A stretch of DNA of 32,070 nucleotides, taken from NCBI GenBank assembly GCA_000934665.2, contig JYFJ02004448.1, positions 1 through 32,070 on the forward strand, written 5' to 3'. This document shows positions 11,207-23,310 of this stretch, piece by piece; position 1 is the first letter of the stretch; each line of letters begins with the position of its first letter. The notes below the pieces were generated by a model. It ran no database searches and was not told the DNA's origin. It worked only from the letters and a program-made list of their open reading frames with translations. The DNA comes from Catajapyx aquilonaris (lineage: Eukaryota). Made by a program: the position numbers and the translations under genes.

Positions 11207-14200
11207 ATGTCTGGTTCCACGGTACATCCAGATGGCCATGGGTCACAGGAGATGGCTACAAACACAACTCACCAGCCCCGCAGCACAAAAAGCAGTCCCT
11301 TATTCCTCCCCTTCCCATCCAGCTCTTTGGACATTCCAGAACTGCTCATTCCAGCCTCTAGAAAAGGTACCATAACTTCAACGGTACGTCCAGATGGCCA
11401 AGGGTCACGGGAGATGTCTACAAACACAATTCAGCAGCCTCGCAGCAACAAAAGCAGTCCCTTATTCGTCCCCTTCCCCTCCAGCTCTTTGGACATTCCA
11501 GAACTGCTCATTCCATCCTCTAGAAAAGGTACCCTAACTCCAACTCTGGTACCAGGGCATGAGAGGGTAGACCAGGATGATTCTCTCCGAGTGGTTCTGG
11601 CTCCATCTGGAAGTCAACCGCTACCCTTGCATCTGGAGTTTGTTTCCCCTACCTCCTCTTTCAACATCCCACCAACTGCAAGAACAAAACGAAGTGTCAA
11701 CAAAAAGTGGAGATACCTAGGACTGGCATGCGGCGTCATTTCCAGCCTATTTTTTTCTTTGGCTTCAGCCATTGTCAAGAAGCTGGAAAATGTCAGTCCC
11801 TTTGGGCTTGCCATTTTCAGGTGCGCAACAGTTTCTTATTTTAATTTCTGTTATGTTTGCACAGGGAGAAAGGCATGTTAAGTATATGGTGGTGTAGTCT
11901 CCTAGTCCCCAGTTCAAGAGGTAATAGTGGGGAAATTATGAACTGTTAACTCCAGCAACTAGTCTTATAAGTAGAAACTTGACATAGGATAGTCACTTGT
12001 TATTTTCTTTACATTGGTTTCTGTATGGCGAACAATTGAGGGGCTGTGTGCATGAAGTGCCCATCCCCCACAAAGTGCATTTTGAGAAATGAAGCTGTAC
12101 CACGGGAAGTCCTTACACCCTGATAGTAATTAATTTTTATATGGCTTCAGGAATCATACAAACTCGCGGAGGTTTTGCATGTCGCTAACGGATGGTAGTA
12201 GCTATAATGCTACACAATAGTGGAAGAATCTCATTTTTGTTCGGTGTGGGGTGGGCCCTTCTTGCACCCACCCTCTCAATTTATAATATATTTTCCTTTT
12301 CCCCCACTTGAACTGGGGACTTCAGAGTAGCAAAAAAAATTATGAACAAATTAACACAATGTAACTAACACCACAAATCTAATGGCATTTGGTCCATCAT
12401 TAACTGCTGGTTGCAGGAATACTTCAAAGAAAATCCACAAGTACTGCATTACATATTTGGGAAAACTCATGTAAATAATAACATCCTGAAAGGAACAGGA
12501 GTTAAAGTAATATCTTCTTCTGCCTTTCAACCTTTAACTGAGTTAGAAAACTGTATAAGATTGTTATTGATTGATTACCCTCTTGCACTTGATAACAGTG
12601 AAGCACAGCAATATATTGATGCTGAGATGTAGCCATAGTGATAACTCCTAGAGATCTAATATACAGTATAAACATAGGGTTTGGTTGAAGCTGGGGCTGT
12701 GGCATCACTGGAATTCTGACAGATGTCATTGGTTCAATTATCTTGATTTTGCTGATACAAGTGCAGGAAGTACCCATTTTACGCTGTTAACTGGTTCCAG
12801 CAAAACGCGCCGTAAAGTGAAACGAGACAAAATTATTATGTAGGTAAATGACAGAGGTTCCAAAATTTCCAAAAATTTTCCATAGGCAGTACTAATATTG
12901 ATGTTTTTAATGACAAATATTGGAAACATTGATTAATGGGAGGTTCCAGGTTGAGGGCCATCAGGTTCTGGGGGCTCCTTTCCTTATTTTGGCAAGAACT
13001 GCAGTATGCGTTGGGTATTCAACAACGGTAGAGTACTTCAGGGAGTGCCGAAACTGGCTGAGACCAACAATACGGTATTGTGTATATTGATAGAAGTATA
13101 GAACCTGCCACAAGGCGGCAGAAAAAACTAAAGAAGCGCTTTTACGGTGTTATCTTCAAATATTTCAAAAAAAATCCATAAAATTATTTCAAATGTAATT
13201 TTAAAGCCAGCGTTAATGTGAAATGGGGTAAAATGGAGCGGCGTAAATTGGTTACTTCTTGTACAATAATACAATAATTTGCTTAAAACCCTTCATTTTC
13301 TACTGGTAAACTTTATCATTATTCCAGAAAATCACACTCACTGTTGATCTTTGTAATTGACTTTCATGTGCTTGAATTCAGATGTCTGGGGGTTGTCCTG
13401 CCTGCATTGCCATTCATTGCCATTCAAGTGGAAACTCCAAGCCATCTCTTCCCAAAGGGTTACCGCCTGTTCCTTCTCCTTCGTGCATCTCTAGGCACAG
13501 GAAGCATAATGCTCCAATTCTACGCCATCCGGAATATGCCCTTACCAGATGCTTCTGTCATCATCTTCAGCGTGCCTGTCTTTGTGACTATCCTAGCACG
13601 AATCTTCCTCAATGAGCCATGTGGACTGGTTACAGTGGTCGGCGTTGTGCTCACCAGTGCTGGCATGCTGCTGATTGCAAAACCCACATTCCTATTTACA
13701 CAGGTAGAGTGAAAATTAAAAATTACCATAATTACAGGATTCCTCAATAAGAGTGAAGTTACAGTTCGGCACAGATCATAATATGTGGTACATAAATTCG
13801 AAGACAACTCGAAAACCGCATTTGTCAATTGCATAATGATTCAGGTTAGTTGATTAGGTGGAGGGGTCCGGAAGACTATTAGTATAAGACTAGCCATGAA
13901 GACTAGCATACCAGTCTTTGTCATGACTAGTACTCCAACTTCATAACAGGAGGTCTCTCAGATAATGTATAATTTTTAATAACCCGACGCTGACTCAGAT
14001 TTTAATGAATTCGCACTACTGCTAATTATTTTATTATAAATATCAACGTAGCGCACTTTTGTACTTTGAAGGCACGAATCTTTGTCCTGCATGCTCGTCA
14101 GGTCAATCATATTTCCATAAAACACTTGAAATTCATCTAAATATAAATTCCGAAATAGTGTGCACAACGTTCATACGAAATGTTATTTCAAAATTTTCTA

Positions 14201-15912
14201 CAGGGACAAAACCTTCTAGATTTATTGAGTTTGGTAAGCTCTGATTTGATTTTTAATAAGATTTCAATGCCAGCCTCACCGGCATTTTGGGACGTGCCAT
14301 AACATACTGATGCTGATCTACTATTCTTGGTGAAAGGATGAAGGAGCAGAAAAAACTGAACACACCGAATGGCAGACTGTGCTGGCAGCTGTAGCAGGCA
14401 CCTTTTTTGGTGCATGTGTGTACATTGCACTCAGGACCCTCCGTGAAGTGAATCCAACCATCATACTCTTCCACTTTGGAAACACTGCCATCATGATTGC
14501 GATCATTGTACTAGTCTTTCTGGATGAACATCATCTCTGCATATTTCCCTGCCAGAGTCATAACCGCTGGCTGATGCTTGCCCTTGGAGTATTCAGCTTT
14601 TTAGGTCAATTCTTGGTCACTCTGGCACTAAGGTGAGTTAGAGCTTAGTGGAGAAAAATATTTCATCTTTAGTCTTTACAAAGTGATCAGAATCCTTGTC
14701 TGAAATCGTCTGAAATGTGTTCTTTTCCTGAGGCTAGGCTCAAAATGTTGGAGGAATGTTCATTTTTATCATAATGTACAGAACCATTTCACATGATCAG
14801 TATGGTTGTTGTTTGTATTACCCCGTGATAGGGCCAGGGGCCCTTTTAGAGGGGGGAAGGGAAGGTTCCCAAGGGAGGGTGCTCTTAAGAGGTCATTTCA
14901 GACCCTCTTAAATACCAGACCTTTTCTCTTGGCCCTGGGCAGAGAAGGGAGTGCAATTCGGCCCAGACATGTTGGGTGAAAAACGGAAAACGACCCGACC
15001 AAGCGAAGGTGACGGGGACGGGGACAGGATTTGAACCCCAAACCTCCCGCTTGGCTGGCCAGTAACATAGCCACTAGACCACCATGGCCCCCACATGATC
15101 AGTTAACTAAAGTCCAGATTTTTAGGAAAATGCCTATTTAGTTCCTTTACAGTTGGGATGGTTTTGTGACGAGATCTATCCATATCATTGATATCATAAG
15201 TGCAGGATGTGGAAATTGTAGGTTTTATAGTGCCTAAAATTGCCTATTTCGTGGTTTTGGGAACTATTTTGCCTATTTTTTGCAATGTATGGCTTTTTGC
15301 ACCTTTTCATGCCTATTTGGCCTTTTTTGGGGATAGTTTTTGAACTGTTTGGAGCAAATTCTGGACTTTCTGGGCCTATTTCAGACCAATTCTTTCAGAG
15401 GCATGTTTTTTTGTTTTTTTTGCAGAGTATTTTTTGCGCTCCTGGAAGGACAAAAATCTTTCAGAAGTAATATTACTTTCACTAATGAAAATCTACTGTA
15501 GAAAAATACTTGGTAACATAATATGCAAATTGAAACGGGCTCTATAAAGTGGTAGCATCCAGAATAATACTTCTTGCACTGTGTGTCAAATTTTGCCGAA
15601 GTTTTGGGATTACTCACATTCACCCCAACAACCTAAGGATATGGCATATTTCAATGATCATACATTAAATTACTTTGCTCTTTCTAAAGGTGGGAGGATG
15701 CAGGACCTGTAGCCATTTCAAGAACAGCAGACATTGGATTTGCTTTCATCTGGCAAATCTTATTCTTCAAGCCAATGCCATCTTGGACTAGTGCTACAGG
15801 AGCACTCCTGATTACACTCTCTGTCATCCTCACAGGGCTCAGGACATGGGTATCTACACTGCCACCTGGAGCACCAGCACTCAAGAGGCTTGGCTGGCTT
15901 ACAAACTGTTGA
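11207..15912 (+). CDS. SLC35G1: SLC35G1-like EamA/DMT transporter, copy 3, four coding exons (~484 aa)
   Basis: Exons 11207-11820, 13382-13703, 14337-14632 and 15690-15912. All introns are GT-AG with phases 2, 0, 2. Splicing keeps the frame: ...LAIFR|CLGVVLP...FLFTQ|DEGAEKTEHTEWQTVLAAVAG...VTLALR|WEDAGPVAISRTADIGFAFIWQ...KRLGWLTNC*. Confidence 0.85.
11219..11542 (+). repeat. In-frame 2 x 162-bp tandem duplication in the N-terminal tail of copy 3
   Basis: Units 11219-11380 and 11381-11542 each encode TV.PDG.GS.EM.TNT..QPRS.KSSPLF.PFPSSSLDIPELLIP.SRKGT.T. Confidence 0.92.
11904..12321. mobile_element. TIR element with a second nested inverted-repeat element, in intron 1 of copy 3
   Basis: Perfect 15-bp TIR AGTCCCCAGTTCAAG (11904-11918) / CTTGAACTGGGGACT (12307-12321). 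An inner imperfect pair lies at ~12034-12070 (AATTGAGGGGCTGTGTGCATGAAGTGCCCATCCCC) and ~12248-12281. Confidence 0.65.
12761..13264. mobile_element. Non-autonomous TIR DNA element in intron 1 of copy 3
   Basis: GTGCAGGAAGTACCCATTTTACGCTG (12761-12786) matches the reverse complement of the right end (GTACAAGAAGTAACCAATTTACGCCG) at 21/26. No clear TSD. Confidence 0.55.
14802..15091 (-). mobile_element. tRNA-derived SINE (~290 bp) in intron 3 of copy 3
   Basis: Minus strand shows an A box TGGTCTAGTGG, a B box GGTTCAAATCC and a (CAA)n tail. A 12-bp TSD CACATGATCAGT lies at 14790-14801 and 15092-15103. Confidence 0.85.
15109..15369. mobile_element. Unclassified short TIR element with internal TGCCTATTT repeats
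   Basis: AAAGTCCAGATTTT (15109-15122) vs AAATTCTGGACTTT (15356-15369) match at 13/14 as inverted repeats. Several TGCCTA(TTT) motifs lie inside. Confidence 0.45.
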
Positions 15913-16285
15913 CCAAGCCTAACAACGAGGGACGCAATTTTAAAATACATCATGAATGAAATGTATGAATATAATATATTGTCAAGTAATGCATGGGCTA
16001 CTAGTTTCAAATATTTAATTAATTCTTCGTTTCATTAAATGATTGCATTCACACTTTTAAACCCCTTTAGGGCAGGAAATACAACTCTCACTTGGTCAAT
16101 ACGTATCTCATACACGTTGGGCCAGACTGCACTTGTTATTAATTTTTGACAAAAAGTAGCCAACAAGGCTTAATCTTGCCAGATGTTTTACCGAGTTCGA
16201 TCCCCCCATCGTTAGTTAATGTATATTGACAAAACATTAGCCCATTATGTGGAGTACAGGTGACAGGCTGGATTTTATATATATA

Positions 16286-16502
16286 CACACCCGCGAGAAT
16301 AAAGATGGAGACAGCAGGCCCTCCCCTTCGGCAGGCTGCTCTGCCAATCTCAGCTGTTACGGTATCAAATATACTGCCATAAATACACAAACACATGCCT
16401 GAAGCAGCTAACTCGGTCCAAAAATAGTTCATTAATTTGAGTACGATAAAGAAAGGTCAAAAAAGGGCCTGCCATCTCCATCTTTATGCTCGCAGGGGGA
16501 CA
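16286..16502. mobile_element. MITE (~217 bp)
   Basis: GCGAGAATAAAGATGGAGACAGCAGGCCCT (~16293-16322) is inverted against AGGGCCTGCCATCTCCATCTTTATGCTCGC (~16464-16493). Both sides are flanked by TA. Confidence 0.7.
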
Positions 16503-17688
16503 TAACATGTACATTTCACTGCTACAATACGTCAACTGACCACTTTCAAGGAAACTATCATAAAATTAGCCTGGAATTGACAGAGGGATGCACGTAAAAG
16601 GCCAGAGTCAAGGTGTGTTTACGTGATTGTGGGAACCAGTGTTTTCGAGTGACTGCAAGACATTTCAGCATGAGAAATAAGTCAATGGAAAGATGGGGTG
16701 TCATAATTTTGGCATCTCAACTATTGCTCATGCTCACACCATGACAGATTCTTGCAAGCTTGTGAACACACCTTAAAGGTTGTTGGCATGAAGATTAGAA
16801 CCCAGGATCAAAGGCACAGCCTCCATGCCTAACCAGTAGACAAGGCCACCTTCGACTAATTAGATTATAGAGGTCTTAAAAACCTTTCCATGAATTACTG
16901 AAGTTGCCAGTTTTTTGAAAATATGCTTTGCATACTGCATGCAGAAAGTAGGCACCACTTCATCGCTGACTACCCCTCATAGGGAAATGTCGTGATGATG
17001 ATGATGATGATGATGATGATCTACCAATTCAAATTGATCTGGGAAAAGCAGCATTTTCAACAATTATTCAAGCATTAGAAATTATTATAATAATTTCACT
17101 GGGAAATATTTCATACTATATCCCCAGCACATGTCAATAACAGATGTCAATAACCCTTGCATCAATTAAAAGAAGAAAAATACAACAAAGGGGGTCTGCT
17201 CAAATTACAGTATTTTTTATATACGAAAATCTTACTTGCATGTTAGAAAAATTAAAGCCTTGGTATGATAAGTCAAGAAAGGTACATTATTATAATAATA
17301 CTGTCATACTGTACTACATTACAATTCCAAGATAGGAAGGCAGTGTGTGAAAGATAAGTAGTGGGAAGGTGTGAAAACATCTAAGGACCAGTTGCATTAT
17401 CAAGCAGTAGACTAATGTCATTAGAAGAGGATAATTATTATTCATTTCTTCTGGATTTACCATTGATTGTGCAAATCACTTCTGGGACTCTTTCATGTGC
17501 ATATTACAGTAGCAAGAAATGCTTAATTTCACTGTTCAGCTGTAATGTTATGAAGAAATTATTTTCAACATGCATTACACATGGATCGCATATACACTGT
17601 ATAACACTACACACTATACAGTGGGCAATGCCATTACATGACAATATATTTTTGTGCCTGCCATTGAATCAAGTTAGAAGACTTCATT

Positions 17689-19476
17689 TTACTTCAACAA
17701 ATACTTGTCTATGTCTGGTCCAAAATCCTCCAGAAATTCAGCAATGGAGGATATCATGGTAGAATCCGCAGTTATCTTCAAGAAATGCATGAACTGGTCC
17801 ACCATTTCCTCAAAGGTCTCTGGATTAAACGTCTGGAATGCTGATGCTGGAATTTTCTCTCTTGGAATGAGGTTAGACGCTAGCATAGGCAATCCCCAGA
17901 GTAGGCCAAATAGGCGCCGGTTGTTGAATTCTGATGATAACTCCTTGACACTGAATCCTGGGCTGGGGATGCCAGCAGATTCCAAGTGTTGGCTCAAGCA
18001 TGCATGGTAATGACATAAGAGCATCTCTGTATGGTCATGAAGAAATTGAAGACTGGTGCTGGTGTAAAGGAAGTAGAGGATATCACTAATGAGATGTCCC
18101 CACTGCATAGCTTGGAAATCAATGAGCATTGCTTTCTTAGGATTGATGCGGTCCTGGTCATCTGGAGAATACTGAAACATCACGTTGTTTTTTCCTGCAT
18201 CTCCATGGCACACTACACCGAACGGCTCCTGAAGGTGGTAATTGTTTGGAATGTAACACAGGCAAATGGTACAAATGATGAGTTATTCTAGAATGTTATG
18301 GAAAACAGCCCACTTCATTGAAATTACACATTTTAAAATAGTTTTATAGATTTGTAAATTGCCAATTGCAATATCTGCCACAAAAAATTTCTGGAACCAA
18401 GTGTGCACAATGCTGCTTCTCAAGAGTGTTGTCACTCTTTTTTTATTGCAGCCTACTTAGGGTGGGAACCAAGATAAAGCAACCAACTTTGGCTTTCTAC
18501 TCTCACAAGCAAATTTTATTTCTCCAGTATATACAATGGAGAATTTGAATTTTGTCATTATGCCACAGTCCACTATAATGTGATCAAGTTAACCATGCTT
18601 GTACAATATAATCAAGAACCAAGTGAGGTTTTGCATTGCTAGTGGCAATAAATAATTTTATTCAGAGCAATATCAATGAAATCATACATGTTGATGCAGA
18701 TCCATTGCCAAAAATAATTTCCCAAAAATTAAGTGATATACACTACTGCAGAAGTAATGAGGTAAATTATTTGCAAGAACAAAATGTAACTATGGCCACA
18801 ATCAACCACACCCATTCATAGCATATCCTACCTTTGCTCTGATCATTTCTGCATAAATCTCTAGCTGATGAAGCTCTATTCTCCTCAAGATGTGCAGTGC
18901 ATTGGGATGTCTTCCACCCTTCTCCAAAAGCTCACCAATGACCCGGACGCAAGTGATATTGTAGTAAGAAAAGCCAGACTTTCCATCAAAACCCATTCTG
19001 GTGTTCACCAAGATAGGAAACTCCTTTGTAGCCATCAAGTCTGGAATTTCCCACTGTCTCTTCAGACCAAAGGAAGCAGCATGCATTGCTGCCATTACAT
19101 CCAGGACTGCTTGAACATGGCTCAAATTCAAAGTTGATGGTGAAATTTGGTAACCCTTCTCAGTCACCAAGTTCTCCAGTGCTATAGCCTGCTCACTGGC
19201 AAAGTAGCAGACAGGTGCAAAGTCCATTTTTATGCCAGTTTTGGCCAGCAAAGGGACTATTTGGTTGAAAAAGGCAGCTTCCTTCTTGTATATGAGGCAG
19301 ATTTTGAATAGCTCTGAATATGAACCAGTCATGGTTTTCTTCACAAACATAAGCAAAGAGGTTGTGCAATTACTTCTTTGCAAAGTAATATCCCAATGCT
19401 CCACTCTGGAGGTGAAGTTCATCCCTTGCCAGGAGGGGGTGGTCACATTCACGGACTTCACTTGTAAGGCTGGGTC
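17689..19476 (-). CDS. Ecdysteroid kinase-like (EcKL/CHK, DUF227-type) protein, gene A; first coding exon not located
   Basis: Exons 19476-18832 and 18228-17689, joined by a phase-0 GT-AG intron (...MIRAK|EPFGVVCHGDAGKNNVMFQY...). Motifs GMNFTS, YKKEAAFF, LENL...GY, MHAASF and LIDFQ...DILYFLYTS. The exon at 19476 begins at an acceptor (ctttcag|GAC) and lacks the ~24 N-terminal residues of gene B. Confidence 0.82.
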
Positions 19477-20454
19477 CTGAAAGTTGTCAATTTGTTAATA
19501 CAACAACAACAACAACAAAAACAACAGCAACAGTATGATGATGATGATAATTCAAATAAAACATTATTTTTCTAAGTGACATATTTATGACAAGAGTTGC
19601 ATGCAGCATGCTCTTATGACACATGGTGGAGAGAGAACCTAGCAAATAATGGACTGACTGCAATGACACTAACATGACTGGTCTTCCTTGCCAGCCTCGC
19701 CCAAGCATCACCTGACTAAAACACAGGTTGAAGATTATTACTTGTCCACCGCACACTGGGTACTAGGATACCAAAATTCTGGTATACTCATATACTTCGT
19801 ACTTCATACTTTGTATTCTGTATACTCGTAAGTTTCATGCTACTGGCATTTCCATTCATTCTTGAGCTGATCCTTGCTTCATTTCCCATGTCCCTCTATT
19901 TCTATTTATCTAGAATTTCTCCAACAATGTCCTCCTTAAATGATAAGCATACCATTCACCAAATGCTCCATTGCAAGGTAATAAAACAAGGTAAACACTG
20001 CACTATAGGCAAGGATTCTGACACTGTAATAAAAACTGAAATGGTTATGAGGTGGGTGTGAAGCACCACAGATATCCAAATTCAAGTTGGATTTTCTTGT
20101 AAGATGGCATCCTTTTTCTAATTTTGTGAATGAATGAATGAAACCTATTGTAAAAGGATTCAGGACCTTGTTTAACCTGTGAGTAAATCATGGTAAAAGA
20201 GCATGTAAGGGTGTTTATAGTTATTGCTAATATTGCCCAAAGTAGTTATTTTTGCACAGCTTATTGCGCCTCAATGCAGGTGCTCTATTATGAAAAAACT
20301 GCTATATTTGACCACCTGGAAATAATTGGGCACCTGGGTCGCAACAATAAGCTCCAAATAAATTAAAGCTCCAAGCAAAATTTCCTATAACTAAAGTGAC
20401 CCACATACTTGGAACACCTTGTATAATTATTCCTTCATAATACAATCGGCAATA

Positions 20455-22310
20455 TCAAACCTGAAAATGCCTCTTTAGAGAATCCTCTAGCACCATCTTT
20501 GGTAATGGATCTTCTTCACATTGGGTATAGGCAAGGACTTCATCTTTAAAATCCTCTATGAAATCAGACAAAATGGTAGCAATGCTTCTGTCCTGTCTTG
20601 CAGCTGATTTCAGTTCCACCAGAAAGTACTCCTGTACAGCTTCTGAGTCAGTTGGATTAAAATTCAGGTCTGAAACATCTGCAGAATTCTCAGCAGGGAT
20701 CAAATTCCCAACAAGCATTGGAAGGCCACATACAAGCCCAAATAGTCTTCTTCGGAAGAAGTCACCTTGAAATTCTTCCAGAGTTAATCCTATTTGACCA
20801 TTTTTTGCTAGGCACTTATTAAGGCTGCCAAAATAGTGATGCAGCACAACGTGAAGGTGCTCCTTACGGAACTGAAGGCTAGTACTTGTGTAAAGAAAGT
20901 AAAGCAGATCTGTGGTTAGCGAGGCCCAGCGGGTTGCTTGAAAGTCCACCAATGTTGCCATCACAGGTAACTTGCACCCATCTCCAGATTCTGAGTAGAG
21001 AAACATTGTATTGTTGCTCCAGCAATCTCCGTGACATATGACGTTAAATGGTTCCTGTAAAAGTGAAATCTTGTATAAGGACAGTGGCTTTGTTCCATAT
21101 CAGATATATCTCACATCTGATAAGGTATATAATTTCCTTAACCCCAGGTCTGATTTTCATATGGCCTCTTTCAGAAAAAAACACCACATATGATGGGATC
21201 AACAATGAAAAAAAAAATCACTTTGTTTTATGTGCAATCGTCTTGGAAGGACTTTCATATCGGCTGATCGGATTTGTGAGGGGTAGGGGTATCATGTACC
21301 AATGTAACCCATGACCTAACTTTTCTTCCCGGCAGATACAAATCTATTTTCAGCAGAACAGGCCTCTTTTAGCAGATACATGATACAAGCCTAGAAGAGT
21401 AGGTAAAAGTGCTGCGTCAGCCAAAATGAAAGTCTAGCCATAGTCTCTAATCCAAAACTCAGTTCATTACTACACATCTCCATAATGCATACTGTATAAT
21501 TATAATTCTCTGTATTGTGAAACAGCTCTGCTAAGTACAAGGATTGATACAAACCTCAGGAGTGACCATTTCTGCATAAACATCCAATATTTTAGGTTGT
21601 ATTCTTCTCAGTATTTCCAATGCCTTTGGATATCCACCAGTCTCCTCTAAGAACTTGTCAATAACTTCGAACAGGGTCTGTTGGAAAAAACCAAGTCCTG
21701 GCTCGTCTTTGGTACCCATGGTGTCTTTCAGCACTGGATATCTGTTGAGCATGACTTTGCTAGGATTGTCCCACTGCTTCTTGACAACAAATGAAGCTGC
21801 ATGCAATTTGGATAAAGCTTCCATCACCTGTTTGACGTGGGTCAGACCTTGACCTGACCCAGAACGAGGGTACATCTGATAGCCCTTCGAGACCACTAAA
21901 TTCTCCAGAACCACAATTTCAGGCGAAGCATGGTAGCAAACAGGAAGAAAGTCCAGATCCAAGTCACCTTCATATTTGGCACATGATGCCCTTAGAAGTG
22001 GGAGGAAGACATTGAAGAATGCAGCCTCCTTTTCATACAGGAGACTCTTTTTGATCAACTCAGCATAATCTCCAGAAAGGAATCCCTTCTTGACAAAGAC
22101 AGGTAAGGTCTCTTTCTTTCTCCCAGAGGTTGGTCCACTTTCAAAAGTGACCTGCATATATTCCACCTTGCTCATGAAATTCCCTCCTTTCTTTGGTGAA
22201 ATGGTGGCCATCACTTGTTCTACTTTGAGAGATTCATCTTCAAAGTACTTTCGAAAGGAATCCTCAAGATCCGTTTGGCTAAGATCAGCTATTTCCACTG
22301 GATTTGCCAT
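20455..22310 (-). CDS. Ecdysteroid kinase-like (EcKL/CHK, DUF227-type) protein, gene B (~451 aa)
   Basis: Exons 22310-21555 and 21054-20455, with a phase-0 intron at the same position as in gene A (...MVTPE|EPFNVICHGDCWSNNTMFLY...). Motifs GGNFMS, YEKEAAFF, LENL...GY, LHAASF, HGDCWSNN and VDFQ...DLLYFLYTS. An acceptor ccttttcag lies 7 nt before the ATG. Confidence 0.88.
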
Positions 22311-23279
22311 GACTGTCCTGAAAAGGATAAAAGTTCACTTGTAAATTATAGTACTGTAAAGGGGTGAATCCACAGTGCAACTGCTACACTGGTACTTTCA
22401 AACATGCGATAATGTTACGCCCCTTTCTGACGTGGCCCTGATAAGATATACCTACATGATGAGCCCTCTTTAGAAAATCACCTGTACTACGTATATTGTG
22501 TTGTTCATTGCATAACAGATATGTGGCCTTGTTGTATTCATCAAGTTGGCCTTGCCTATTTCATCACGTAGAACACACTCAGAGCACAGGAGTGATAAGA
22601 AAGAACAGTCCTCTGCACAGCCTTGAAGCTGATAACCTAAAAAAATATGCTCCAGTTACACATTATCCCACTATCTTTGGCTCAGTTACTGTATTAGGGC
22701 CACAACAACGGTCAGCTGTAGTCACAGTACATATCACCTTCACACTGCTCAGAATAATTTTGTCATAAAGTAAGTGTAATCCTACTTCACTTTCGCAAGA
22801 TGTGTGTCAAACTTATGAATTACTTCTATCAGTATCATTCAAACTACCCTTTACACTTTGGAGTCAACATTGTCTAAGTTTCCAAACAATATCTAGTGAC
22901 ACTATTGCTCTTCAAAGTAAATGTCCATGATAAATAATACATTACAAACATCATTAAAAAATCAAAATTAATGAAAATTTGTGTCAACCTTGTGCATCTC
23001 ATGAAGCCAAAATGACTGGAAGGAATCAGGCATATGACAGTGAATTTCACTTTTGTTTGCATTATATTGAATTGAAAGTGCCTGTTATGGGTGTCATCTT
23101 GTGCCTTCCTTTTCATCTATGACTGTATACTAGTGTCTCTTTCACAAAAAAGCCACAATTTGTAGCTGTTCCAAGTAAAATTGCAACTTGGGTCCATGTG
23201 ATAAACATGTCAAAAGATTCCCCAAATTAAGGTCTTCCATTAACACACCAGGTCCTACCATAGGGAAATAGCTCACTAA

Positions 23280-23308
<29 letters not shown>
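23280..23308. repeat. (TTG)n microsatellite
   Basis: About 9-10 consecutive TTG/GTT units read directly. Confidence 0.85.

Positions 23309-23310
<2 letters not shown>

Noticed and set aside
17689..22310. Interpretation as horizontally acquired bacterial aminoglycoside phosphotransferase plus EamA resistance genes
   Set aside because: Spliceosomal introns and motifs typical of arthropod EcKL and animal SLC35G1 indicate native genes.
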